Origin: Nostoc sp.
GTDB lineage: Bacteria; Cyanobacteriota; Cyanobacteriia; Cyanobacteriales; Nostocaceae
Direction: 5' to 3'
Assembly: GCF_036917275.1 (NCBI RefSeq)
Contig: NZ_JBALDF010000071.1
Coordinates: forward strand, 487 to 48,486
Length of the DNA stretch: 48,000 nt
The first letter of the stretch is position 1. Each line of letters begins with the position of its first letter. The notes below the pieces were generated by a model. That model saw nothing but the letters and a program-made list of their open reading frames with translations, did not search any database and was not told the origin of the DNA. The translations under genes were made by a program, and so were the position numbers. Positions 10,654 to 19,836 of the stretch are shown here, piece after piece.

Positions 10654-10705
10654 TAAGCATTATCGCACTTGGTAGATTTGCGTTTTGAAATGCAAATCAC
10701 AAAAT

Positions 10706-10790
10706 AATAGACCTCTTGCAAAAGTCCCTAACACTCTACCCGCAAGCAGGGAGGGTTGGGGGTAGGGTGTTAGGGGCAAGAAGTCTATTG
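10706..10790. mobile_element. Short MITE-like element of the same TIR family as 7673-7814
   Basis: Ends are AATAGACCTCTTGCA ... GGCAAGAAGTCTATTG, with an internal GGGAGGGTTGGGGGTAGGG. It is intergenic, between the rhodanese and crtO-like genes. Confidence 0.65.
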
Positions 10791-10827
10791 TATGTTTTGC
10801 TGATAATATACTCTGTCTTTGTAATGC

Positions 10828-12531
10828 CTAACTAATCCCAAACACTGACTCAACAGTTGACTTAATCGATTCGCGTGCATCCTTCAAAGTTTGGCTAATA
10901 GGATGTTTTGCCTGCAAAAATGCGCGGGCACAATTGCGTCCTGGCATTCCCGAAATCGAACCGCCTGGATGAGTTCCTGCACCAGTCAAAAATAGATTAT
11001 CAATTGGTGTTTTGTAGTTCGCTATTTCTGGCAAGGGACGGAAAAATATCATCTGATCTAGAGTCATGTCAACATGATAATAATTCCCTTTGTACGCACC
11101 TAATCTTTCTCCTAATTCTGCTGGACTTTCTACACGACGGGCGATAGTTGCATCCTTGACATTAGGTGCATAGTCTGCCAATTTATCAATCACCTTATCT
11201 GCAACTTTGTTTTTCAATTCATCTGTCCAACCTGTACCTTTCAAACCAGTGCCTTCTGCACCCGCAATTTGATAAGGGGCAAAAAACTCAATCCATGCAG
11301 TGTGCTTACCTGGTGGTGCTAATGTGGGGTCTAAATAGCTAGGCATCACCAAATACATTGATGGGTCAGCATCAGGAATCTCTCCCAAGGTACATTTGCT
11401 ATGAGCCTGTTCTACATGAGCCACAGAATCTGCAATCAAGATGGAACCAACGAGATATTCGTCTTTGTGGGCGTGGTATGGAAAGCGCAGTGGTTCGTCT
11501 AAAGCCAAATCTATCTTGAGGATGGTTTCGTTATTGTTAACGATGCGGCGTTCTAATCTTTCCCATAAATTTGGGTCGGCTCCATCAACTTCGCTTTTAT
11601 CAGTCATTTGCAAAAATAACCGCTTGGCATCAATATTAGAAATAACCCCGTGTTTAGCGCGATATTCTTTACCACCAGCAACCCGCACACCCACAGCTTT
11701 TCCATCATCAATTAAAACTTTTTCAACATGCTGATCTGTGAGAATAACTCCACCTTTACTTGTGACTAAATTCACTAAAGCTTGCACAAGTGCGCCAGTT
11801 CCGCCGCGTGGTCTTGCCATTCCGGGATTGTGACGCATTGCCATCATGATTGCACCAATGGCAAGGGTTTTTTGCGATGGTGGCGCACCAAGTTCTGCTG
11901 CTAGTCTGGCTAGTGGCGCTTTCAGAAATTCCTCATCAAACCACTCATTAAGTAAATCCTCAGCGCTGTTCAACATTGTGCGAATAAAGTCCAGCGTTTT
12001 GTTAGGGGAACCAATGACAGAAAATAAATCTTTCAGTTTGGTGATGTCGTAGTTACCAAGGATATCTATAACTGACTTTGGCGGTGCATTAAACATGGGA
12101 ATCATTGCACCTAGCGCTCGCTGCCAAAAGTCTACAAATTCTGCGTATTTTTTAGCATCACGTTCACTGTAACGGGCGATTTCTGCACAAGTCTTTTCCA
12201 GTGACTTATGTGCTAAGAAATACTTGCCATCAGGATGAGGACAGAAAACAACCGGATCGCACTCCAAATAATGCAAGCCATATTTTTCTAGTTCTAATTC
12301 CTCAACAACTGGCCCTAAGTGAATAAATTCATGGTCAATAGCACATAAGTTAAATTTAAATCCAGGAGCCTCTTGAGGTAAACATTCTTCAGTTGTTGCT
12401 GCACCACCGATAACAGAACGCTTTTCTAGTAACAGGACGCTATAACCAGCTTTCAGCAAATAAGCTGCACAAACTAGACCATTGTGCCCAGCACCGATTA
12501 GCACAACATCATACTCTTGCATAGTTATCAC
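10828..12531 (-). CDS. crtO: CrtI-family FAD-dependent carotenoid oxidoreductase, most similar (from memory) to CrtO beta-carotene ketolase
   Basis: 567 aa. The N-terminal FAD fold is 'DVVLIGAGHNGLVCAAYLLKAGYSVLLLEKRSVIGGAATTEE' and the C-terminus has 'LTGAGTHPGGSISGMPGRNCA'. There is extended similarity to the Synechocystis CrtO sequence as I recall it. Confidence 0.75.
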   Translation of the reverse strand: MITMQEYDVVLIGAGHNGLVCAAYLLKAGYSVLLLEKRSVIGGAATTEECLPQEAPGFKFNLCAIDHEFIHLGPVVEELELEKYGLHYLECDPVVFCPHPDGKYFLAHKSLEKTCAEIARYSERDAKKYAEFVDFWQRALGAMIPMFNAPPKSVIDILGNYDITKLKDLFSVIGSPNKTLDFIRTMLNSAEDLLNEWFDEEFLKAPLARLAAELGAPPSQKTLAIGAIMMAMRHNPGMARPRGGTGALVQALVNLVTSKGGVILTDQHVEKVLIDDGKAVGVRVAGGKEYRAKHGVISNIDAKRLFLQMTDKSEVDGADPNLWERLERRIVNNNETILKIDLALDEPLRFPYHAHKDEYLVGSILIADSVAHVEQAHSKCTLGEIPDADPSMYLVMPSYLDPTLAPPGKHTAWIEFFAPYQIAGAEGTGLKGTGWTDELKNKVADKVIDKLADYAPNVKDATIARRVESPAELGERLGAYKGNYYHVDMTLDQMIFFRPLPEIANYKTPIDNLFLTGAGTHPGGSISGMPGRNCARAFLQAKHPISQTLKDARESIKSTVESVFGIS

Positions 12532-12627
12532 TTTTAAATTAAGTAGCTTTTAAAAGCTTATTAAAGTTTTCAAAAATTTACATCATTCGCTAGTTACAAA
12601 AATTATCCTTAACTAGTGTCAATACTA

Positions 12628-13386
12628 CTAAAGAGATAGTTCAGTTATTGATGATGGTATTTGCTTCACTTGAGTTTCTACCAAAAGTGTCAAACTACCC
12701 TTTTCTACTTTTACATCTTTAATCTTGAACGCCATATCTTCCCATTTCAAAGATGGTAGATTCATCAGTTCTTTGGCTTTCTGCATTAATGCTGTAACTA
12801 CTTCTACTGAAATCCCGCCTCCCTCAGTGCAGTTAAAACTCTCCAGCATCGCGGGTTGTGAATTAGTCCGTGGGCGAAGCACCGCAGTGTAAGCTAAAGG
12901 ACGAGTATTTCCCTTTTCCTTTAACAGCAATCTTCCTCTACATTCAATTTTGCCTTCACCAGGTAAAAATACTTGAATTTTTTGCGGCTTAAAACTCACA
13001 ATCTCGCCATCTACATCAAAATCAAAGTTTTGCATCTGGCTGCTAACATAGTCTGATGCCAAAGTGCGGTTCATATCCACTTCTGTGAGGACAATCCGAG
13101 CTATGGCATTTACAGCCTCATTGAGTTCTATTTTACCAAAAAGAGCAGTTAATGGATTGATGTCAATGCTATCTGTTTGCAGTTTTATTTCCTGTATGCG
13201 AATGTCTTCTTTAATCACTAATCCTTTAGCAGCAAACGAAACTCCATCCGCTTGTCCCTGAACTATTTTGAATAAATCAGTTTCTACATTTATGTCTATT
13301 TTTTCTACTTCATCTAACGCTTGGGATACCATCATTTCAGCGCTCTGAGATAGAACTTTTTCTTCAAAGTTATGTTCGTCTTGCAT
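12628..13386 (-). CDS. Conserved hypothetical protein (DUF2993/LmeA-like, tentative)
   Basis: 252-aa clean ORF with no overlapping better ORF. The family assignment is only a recollection of DUF2993-type sequences. Confidence 0.6.
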   Translation of the reverse strand: MQDEHNFEEKVLSQSAEMMVSQALDEVEKIDINVETDLFKIVQGQADGVSFAAKGLVIKEDIRIQEIKLQTDSIDINPLTALFGKIELNEAVNAIARIVLTEVDMNRTLASDYVSSQMQNFDFDVDGEIVSFKPQKIQVFLPGEGKIECRGRLLLKEKGNTRPLAYTAVLRPRTNSQPAMLESFNCTEGGGISVEVVTALMQKAKELMNLPSLKWEDMAFKIKDVKVEKGSLTLLVETQVKQIPSSITELSL

Positions 13387-13486
13387 GAGTTAGTATCTCC
13401 TAAATATCTTCTTACTACTTACTGTAAAGGCTAGATACTAAAGAGCGAATCTACATTGCGGTATATCTAAGTCTGAGGATTGAGTA

Positions 13487-14863
13487 TCAAGTAAAAAGTC
13501 TTGTTTGTTTTTTAACTTTTGCCTTTTTGGTAACAACCATTTTTACACCGCCGCTAGGGACAATGGTAATGCCACGACGGACTGGATGCACTGGACGTTT
13601 ATCAGTAAGGGTTAGTTGAAAATGCGATAATATTATGGCTGTTACTAATTTTAATTCATACATAGAAAATGCGCCACCAATGCAACCGCGATAACCGCCG
13701 CCAAAGGGTAAATATTCATAAGGGGAAAATTTTTGGTTGAGAAATCTTTCTGGGCGGAACTGTTCTGCTTCTGGGTAAGTCTCGGTTCGGCGATGGGCTA
13801 AATAAATACAAGGAACTAAAACTGTTTCTGATGTAAAATTATGCCCCATAATTTCCACTTTATCTTGTACCATTCGCGGTGTGCAAATTAAAGCAATTGG
13901 ATGAATTCGCAGTGTTTCTTGACAGACAGCAGTGAGATAAGGTAATTGTGTAATTGCTTCTGGATTTGTGAGATCATCCAAAGTGTTTAGTTCTTGCATT
14001 AACTGATGCTCAACCTTTGGGTGAGAGTGAATTAAATGAAATAGCCAGGCTAATACGCCAGATGTAGTTTCGTAACCCAACAGCAATAATGAAACTAGTT
14101 GATCGCGTAATTCCTTATCTGTCATCTGTTCTCCATTTACGTCACGCGCTGACATCAGCAGGCTGAGAATATCTGTACGCGCAGCATCATTTTGGAAACG
14201 TCTTTCAGAAATTTCTGCATAAATGAGTTTGTCAATTTCCTCTCGTCTTTTTAGGAAAATTCCCCAAGGACTCCACGCACCTAAATCTTGTTGCAGCAAA
14301 GGAAAGAAAAATAAGCTGGAATACCAAGGTTTGGTTACGTCTTCTAACAAAGAACTCAATTTTTCTTTTAATTGTTGGTAACGCGCACCGTAAGTAATAC
14401 CAAATACCACCTGTAAGATAATTTCTAAAGTGATATTTGACATTAAGTTGTGTATATAAATATTTGTACCTAATGTCCAATTTTGTGTAACTTCTTCAGT
14501 AATTTGACAAATTGCTTGTCCATAAGACTTTAAATTATCGCCATGAAATGCTGGTAGTAATAACTGCCGCTGCTCTTGATGCGATCGCCCTTCTTGAAAT
14601 ACTAGCGAATTCTCTCCAAACAAAGGTTTAAATACATGGGTTGCTTTCTTAAAATCTAACTTGTGTGCAGGTATGGCAAAACAATCACTAATTGCTTGGG
14701 GATGGCTAAAAAAGACTATTGGTGGCGACTTTAAACCCATTACTCGCACAGTGAAAATATCACCATACTTGGTAGCATAATTTTCTAAAGTTTTTGTGGG
14801 TTGAGCAATTAATTGCAGAGTTTGTAGCAACGCTGGTGTACGTATATTCTCAAGTACTTTCAT
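13487..14863 (-). CDS. Cytochrome P450 (CYP110-like)
   Basis: Heme-binding motif 'FGGGYRGCIGGAFS', ExxR 'ETLR' and I-helix 'LLLGYETTS'. Confidence 0.9.
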   Translation of the reverse strand: MKVLENIRTPALLQTLQLIAQPTKTLENYATKYGDIFTVRVMGLKSPPIVFFSHPQAISDCFAIPAHKLDFKKATHVFKPLFGENSLVFQEGRSHQEQRQLLLPAFHGDNLKSYGQAICQITEEVTQNWTLGTNIYIHNLMSNITLEIILQVVFGITYGARYQQLKEKLSSLLEDVTKPWYSSLFFFPLLQQDLGAWSPWGIFLKRREEIDKLIYAEISERRFQNDAARTDILSLLMSARDVNGEQMTDKELRDQLVSLLLLGYETTSGVLAWLFHLIHSHPKVEHQLMQELNTLDDLTNPEAITQLPYLTAVCQETLRIHPIALICTPRMVQDKVEIMGHNFTSETVLVPCIYLAHRRTETYPEAEQFRPERFLNQKFSPYEYLPFGGGYRGCIGGAFSMYELKLVTAIILSHFQLTLTDKRPVHPVRRGITIVPSGGVKMVVTKKAKVKKQTRLFT

Positions 14864-15056
14864 TCTTTATTCGATCCTTTTAATATTTTTTTTGAATCTT
14901 TAGAAGCATTTACAGAAAAAAACTTATTAAAAATATTTTGGGTATATACCCACTTAAATTACACTTTTTAGTGTACAATACCAGTTTTATAATTCATTTT
15001 TTTATAAACGTTGTAATATATTACAGCAGAATTCAAGTATTTGAACCACATCTATC

Positions 15057-15085
15057 GTAGGGGCACAGCAATGCTGTGCCCCTAC
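15057..15085. repeat. Dispersed hairpin repeat GTAGGGGCACAGCAATGCTGTGCCCCTAC, copy 2 of 3
   Basis: The 36-nt block TCGTAGGGGCACAGCAATGCTGTGCCCCTACCGCGT is identical to the copy at 46987-47022. Confidence 0.8.
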
Positions 15086-15198
15086 CGCGTGGTCTATTTA
15101 CCTGAAAATAGCTGTAAATTAAAATACCCCTATAGACCTCCTTAAAAAAAGACTATGGGGGATTATATAGAAGTATTGAAAATCTATCTAAATATATT

Positions 15199-15387
15199 AG
15201 GACTTACGCAAAAATTGCTAAAAAGCTTAATTTATCGAACCGCCAAGACGCCAAGAGCGCCGAGAATTCGTAGAGTGTGCGTAAGTCCTATATATATAGG
15301 AATTACGCAAAAATTGCCAAAAAGCTTAATTTATCGAACCGCCAAGACGCCAAGAGCGCGGAGAATTCGTAGAGTGTGCGTAAGTCC
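15199..15387. mobile_element. Two tandem copies of an ~89-bp MITE-like element with TIRs GGACTTACGCA / TGCGTAAGTCC
   Basis: The copies are at 15200-15288 and 15299-15387. A third, inverted copy is at 40698-40778. The 83-aa ORF at 15155-15406 is just a read-through of these copies. Confidence 0.75.
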
Positions 15388-15441
15388 TAATATAGATGGG
15401 AGTTGAAAATTTGCTGAATGCAACCATAAACCACCGCAGTA

Positions 15442-16824
15442 TTAAACAGTAGTTGTCTGTAGGATGGAAGACTTCACCTGACGTTGACTTTTGATAACCA
15501 TCTGGATAGGACGATCTGGGCCTGTCACCAAACCACGGCGTTTAGGTCGCACTTCCCCATTGTCAACTAATTCTAATTCAAGGCTGGAAAGGATTTTGGC
15601 AAGTGCTAGCTTCATTTCCAACTGGGCAAATGCTAGACCAATACAACGTCTTGCACCACCGCCAAAGGGCAAATATTCATAGGCAGAAAATTGTCGTTCT
15701 AAAAAGCGTTCTGGCTTAAACTGCTTAGGTTCTGGGTAAATATCTTCCCGCTGGTGGGTCAAATAAATGGAACCAAGTAGGACTGTACCCGGTTCTAGTT
15801 CGTAACCACCCAACGATAGGGGTGTTTTTACTACTCTAGGAAAGGTAAGCATACCTACTGGGTAAATGCGTAATGTCTCGGAGCAAACAGCGTTGAGATA
15901 GGGTAACTTGAAAATGATGCTGGGATCTGGGTCATCGCCCAAGCTATCTAATTCTTGCAGTAGCTTTTGGCGCACTGATGGTAGTTTGTAAATCCAGTAT
16001 AATGCCCATGCTAGGGCTGTAGCTGTAGTTTCATGACCGGCAGCCAACAGAGTCATTAATTCATCGCGCAACTCTTGCTCAGTCATGGGTTGACCTGCTT
16101 CATCTCTAGCAGCCATGAGTAAGCTGAGAATATCTGTGCGTGATGAATCTGGTTGTTCTCGACGTTCCCGAATTTCCTCATACATGAGTTGGTCAGCTTC
16201 CTGCTGACGGCGGATATGTTTTCCCCAGAAGTTAATCGGACCAAAATCCCTTTGCAAAGCGGGGAAATAAAGCAAAGCCACAAGTAACCGAGAACTAGCC
16301 TTTTCTAAAAGCTCACCCAAAAATTGCTGTAGTTTTTCGGCGCGAGTCCCTTCATGTAGCCCAAACACAGCTTGCATAATCACCCGCAGGGTAATGGCTT
16401 GAGTAGCAGACCGAATATTGAAGGGTTTGCCTATCTGGTATTGGCTGATAACTTTCTGGGTGACATCGGTAATCACCTGGCTATAGTTTCGCATTCTTTC
16501 GCCGTGAAAGGGAGGCATTAACAACTGGCGTTGGCGCTGGTGTTCTGCGCCGCTGAGAGTAATTACAGAATGCTTGCCCACCAAAGATTCAAACACCTGA
16601 TTCAAATCACCAGGGGCTTCTAATTCCTTGGTATCATTTGTCAAAATTTGCTGTAACGCTTGAGGGTTGCTGACCATCACCAAAGGAGGAAGATTTTTGT
16701 CTAACCTGATAGTAAAAATATCGCCATAACTTTTGGCACAAGCCTCCATAAATGACATCGGATTAGCAATCCAGCGCACCATCTGTGCAACGCGTGGGAT
16801 TTGCGGCCCATTTGGTAATTTCAT
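15442..16824 (-). CDS. Cytochrome P450 (CYP110-like), paralog of 13487-14863
   Basis: Heme-binding motif 'FGGGARRCIGLAFA', 'ETLR' and 'LLAAGHETTA'. It shares the block 'RTDILSLLM(A/S)ARD..G..MT..ELRD' with the neighbouring P450. Confidence 0.9.
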   Translation of the reverse strand: MKLPNGPQIPRVAQMVRWIANPMSFMEACAKSYGDIFTIRLDKNLPPLVMVSNPQALQQILTNDTKELEAPGDLNQVFESLVGKHSVITLSGAEHQRQRQLLMPPFHGERMRNYSQVITDVTQKVISQYQIGKPFNIRSATQAITLRVIMQAVFGLHEGTRAEKLQQFLGELLEKASSRLLVALLYFPALQRDFGPINFWGKHIRRQQEADQLMYEEIRERREQPDSSRTDILSLLMAARDEAGQPMTEQELRDELMTLLAAGHETTATALAWALYWIYKLPSVRQKLLQELDSLGDDPDPSIIFKLPYLNAVCSETLRIYPVGMLTFPRVVKTPLSLGGYELEPGTVLLGSIYLTHQREDIYPEPKQFKPERFLERQFSAYEYLPFGGGARRCIGLAFAQLEMKLALAKILSSLELELVDNGEVRPKRRGLVTGPDRPIQMVIKSQRQVKSSILQTTTV

Positions 16825-17011
16825 AAATTTTTTTGCTACTTAATATTTTTCTGCTACTTAAACTAACTGAAATTTTGATTGCGTGACCATTTAAATTACT
16901 TATTCTAACGTTGCAAAAAACCAATAAACTGTTACAACCTCAAAGATGTAAAATTTTTGTTAAATTCAACGAGCATCTACAGTTTCATTTCCTCGTCGTA
17001 AGGTACTCAGC

Positions 17012-19225
17012 ATGACCGCAATCACCCCAAAGGCATCTTCAGCGCTTCCCGATTTTTTTGAAGGTATTCAATATTTTGGTGAAGCGTTACCAGATTTTGA
17101 AACTCATGGTGCAACACCTGCTATAGAGTCGGGCAAAGTAGCGATCGCAGATCCCACAGACAAAACAGCTGTATATCAAACTTTACTGGCTGCCGATGCC
17201 CTCCGCTACCTGATTTTGCAAGTTACCGCTAGTAAAGCCTCTGGGCATCCCGGCGGATTCGCCAGCCAAGCAGAAGTTTACGCATCTCTTGTCATGCTGG
17301 GATACAAGAACATTCTCACTGAAGTCGGACACCACGCCCCCGGATTTTATAGTGCCATGTTCTTGGATCGTTCGCTAGAGGACATGGGAATTTTTACAGT
17401 CCAACAATTGCGCGATCGCTTCCGAGAAAAGCACGGACTTTTAGGACACCTTTCTGGTTTCATTCCCGGTATTCTTGCACCTGCGGGGCCTTTGGGACAA
17501 GGGCAACACTTTGCAATGGCGGCTGCACTGTTACACAAAGATAAGTTATTCCCCTTTACAGTTGGTGATGGTGGATTGGGTGAACCATATATTGTAAGTG
17601 CGATCGCTCACTTCCATACTGCTTATCCTGCTGTCACCAACTTCTTACCCGTGTTGGTGTGGAACGGTTACAGCCAAGAGCATCACAGCATGGTTTCCCT
17701 CAAAACCAATGAACAGATGCAAGCATATTGGCAAGGTAACGGTTTTGATGAAGTCATATTAGTTAATGCTAAAGACTTTGACGATCAAGACCAACCAGGG
17801 GATTACGTTGATAGTACTGCTTTTTCTTTTGAAAAACGCCTAGAATTCACTCAGGCAGTACTTTCGGGTGTGGATAAAGCAGCGCGATCGGCGCTGGGCG
17901 GTAAACTTACCGTCTTCATAATTAAACAACTCAAAGGTGCAGGAGTCCACGCGCGGGGGGCAAAATCTCACAACCTCTATCCCAAAGATACGCTAAATGC
18001 TCCCCATATTATCAGTGCATTGCAAAGCCGTGCTTTGTCTGCGGAAGCTTGGCAATTAGTGCGGACAAATGCAGAACGCGCTGGCGGTGGCCCGGCGGCG
18101 AAAACTGTGGTGACAGAATTTGAATTTCCATTACCAGATTTAGGTGAATTACCTTTAGAAGAATATGCAGTCGGTGTTGAACCTAAAGTTTCGACAACAG
18201 CGATGGGACGATTGGTAGGAATAGTTGGAAATAAAGATCAGAATTTCCTCGTCACCAACGCCGATGGTAACGAAGCATCTGGAATTGCCAACATCAACCA
18301 AGCATTAAAAATTATCCACCCCACAACCGACGATTTATATTACCAAGCACCAAATGGACAAGTTTATGAACCATTGAGTGAAGATGCTTGTGCCGGTTTA
18401 GCTGCGGGTTTGGCGTTAATGGGTGCGAGAACTTTGTGGTGTTCCTACGAATCTTTTGCCATCAACGGATTACCAATTTGGCAAACTGTGACTCAATCAA
18501 TGGCAGAATTGCGTCGTCAAACTCCCTCGACTATTACTTTATTCACAGCAGGTGCATTAGAGCAAGGGCGCAACGGTTGGACTCACCAACGTCCAGAAAT
18601 TGAAGCTTACTTTGCTTCGTTGATGCGAAATGGCAATATTTTCCCATTATTTCCCCCCGATGCTAATAGTATTCAAGTCTGTTATGACTGGGCATTGAAA
18701 AGTAAAAATAAGGGAATTGTAATTACTGCAAGTAAGTCACCATTGCAAATTCGCACCACTTTTGAACAAACTCGTCAAGGGTTGCGCGATGGTGCGGTGC
18801 TATTGCATGAAGTCGCTGGTGATAAGCAAGTTGTATTTGCTGTAATTGGCGATATGACATTAATGCCAGTATTTGAAGCTGCGGCTTTCTTGGAAACTGA
18901 AGGTATTGGTGCGAAGATAGTTTCTGTGATCAATCCTCGGCAATTGTACCGTAGCCATGATACCGCTTGGGATACATGTTCTGAACCTGAAGGCGGTTTC
19001 TTAGATGATGCCAAATTTGCGGAATTATTTGATGGTGATGCGCTAATTGCTGTCACTGGTGGCGCTGCGGCGATGCTAGAACCAATTCTGTTGCGGAGTA
19101 CGGCCAAGCGCGACACCTTCGCTTGGAAGCGTGGGGAAACTACAGCCAGTGCTGGCGAGTTGATGGCGTTTAATGGATTGACTGCTGAAGCGTTAACAAA
19201 ACGTGCGATCGCATTAGTGCATTAA
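17012..19225 (+). CDS. Thiamine-diphosphate-dependent enzyme of the transketolase/phosphoketolase superfamily (phosphoketolase-like, short 737-aa form)
   Basis: 'ASGHPGGFAS' is a transketolase-type N-terminal motif. The TPP-binding signature is GDG-X(~30)-NG ('GDGGLGEP...LVWNGYSQ'). The exact activity cannot be called from sequence alone. Confidence 0.6.
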   Translation: MTAITPKASSALPDFFEGIQYFGEALPDFETHGATPAIESGKVAIADPTDKTAVYQTLLAADALRYLILQVTASKASGHPGGFASQAEVYASLVMLGYKNILTEVGHHAPGFYSAMFLDRSLEDMGIFTVQQLRDRFREKHGLLGHLSGFIPGILAPAGPLGQGQHFAMAAALLHKDKLFPFTVGDGGLGEPYIVSAIAHFHTAYPAVTNFLPVLVWNGYSQEHHSMVSLKTNEQMQAYWQGNGFDEVILVNAKDFDDQDQPGDYVDSTAFSFEKRLEFTQAVLSGVDKAARSALGGKLTVFIIKQLKGAGVHARGAKSHNLYPKDTLNAPHIISALQSRALSAEAWQLVRTNAERAGGGPAAKTVVTEFEFPLPDLGELPLEEYAVGVEPKVSTTAMGRLVGIVGNKDQNFLVTNADGNEASGIANINQALKIIHPTTDDLYYQAPNGQVYEPLSEDACAGLAAGLALMGARTLWCSYESFAINGLPIWQTVTQSMAELRRQTPSTITLFTAGALEQGRNGWTHQRPEIEAYFASLMRNGNIFPLFPPDANSIQVCYDWALKSKNKGIVITASKSPLQIRTTFEQTRQGLRDGAVLLHEVAGDKQVVFAVIGDMTLMPVFEAAAFLETEGIGAKIVSVINPRQLYRSHDTAWDTCSEPEGGFLDDAKFAELFDGDALIAVTGGAAAMLEPILLRSTAKRDTFAWKRGETTASAGELMAFNGLTAEALTKRAIALVH

Positions 19226-19248
19226 AGCTGGAATTGTTTCTCCTCTTC

Positions 19249-19311
19249 TCGCAAATATACGTATATAAACGCTGAAAAATTGCGTTGCAATGCGTGTATT
19301 TGCGTTTTTTT
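19249..19311 (+). terminator. Compound hairpin plus T-run terminator after the TPP-enzyme gene
   Basis: The outer stem is CGCAAATATACG / CGTGTATTTGCG and the inner stem is AACGC/GCGTT, followed by TTTTTTTATTT. Confidence 0.7.
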
Positions 19312-19378
19312 ATTTCAAAGAACTTAGCAGACAGGAGAAGTAGAGGTAAATTTACTGAAATTCTTTGACAATAAAAGG

Positions 19379-19600
19379 TTTACGAGTCACAAAAGCTGGT
19401 TTACAAGTCGCAAAAGTTAGTTTACGAGTCAGAAACTTAGTTTACAAGTCGCAAAAGTTAGTTTACGAGTTCAAAAGTTAGTTTACGAGTCGCAAAAGCT
19501 GCTTTACGAGTCACAAAAGTTAGTTTACGAGTCGCAAAAGCTGCTTTACGAGTCGCAAAAGTTAGTTTACGAGTTCAAAACTTGATTTATTTACAAGCCA
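19379..19600. repeat. Tandem array of about 10 full copies plus one degenerate copy of a 20-21-bp unit (consensus TTTACGAGTCGCAAAAGTTAG)
   Basis: TTTAC starts fall at 19379, 19400, 19421, 19441, 19462, 19482, 19503, 19524, 19545 and 19566, with a degenerate one at 19590. Each unit holds an imperfect 15-bp dyad TTTaCGAgTCGcAAA. There are no spacers, so this is not CRISPR. Confidence 0.9.
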
Positions 19601-19630
19601 GGACAAAGCGCGATACATTTTATGGAAAAT

Positions 19631-19775
19631 ATGGCGTTTAATGGATTGACTGTGGAGGGTTGAGGAAAGGTGCGATCGTGTTAGTGCATTAAGGATTTCA
19701 AACCGCAGATGTACGCAGTTAAACGCGGATAATTTGGCGTTTAGTTGCGTAGATTTGCGGTTTTTATTTTATAGG
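19631..19775 (+). pseudogene. Diverged duplicate of the last ~63 nt of the TPP-enzyme gene plus its terminator
   Basis: ATGGCGTTTAATGGATTGACTG is 22/22 identical to 19163-19184, and ...GTGCGATCGnnTTAGTGCATTAA is conserved. This copy has a 1-nt length difference and an early TGA. A homologous hairpin (CCGCAGATGTACGCA / TGCGTAGATTTGCGG) with TTTTTATTTT follows. Confidence 0.75.
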
Positions 19776-19836
19776 TTTTGAAGTTTCTATAAAGTATAAA
19801 TCAAAATATATATCTTTTATTTATGGGTGTCTAATT

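Noticed and set aside
15155-15406. 83-aa ORF between the two P450 genes
   Set aside because: It is a translation of two tandem MITE copies (the repeated 'IYRTAKTPRAPRIRRVCVSP'), with no coding signal beyond the repeat.
18775-19116. 113-aa minus-strand ORF inside the TPP-enzyme gene
   Set aside because: It is antisense to a long, motif-supported CDS, and its composition is Ala/Ser/Pro-rich, typical of antisense frames.
19379-19600. Possible CRISPR array
   Set aside because: The repeats are directly adjacent with no spacers, the unit is only 21 bp, and there are no cas genes. The same applies to 47098-47328.
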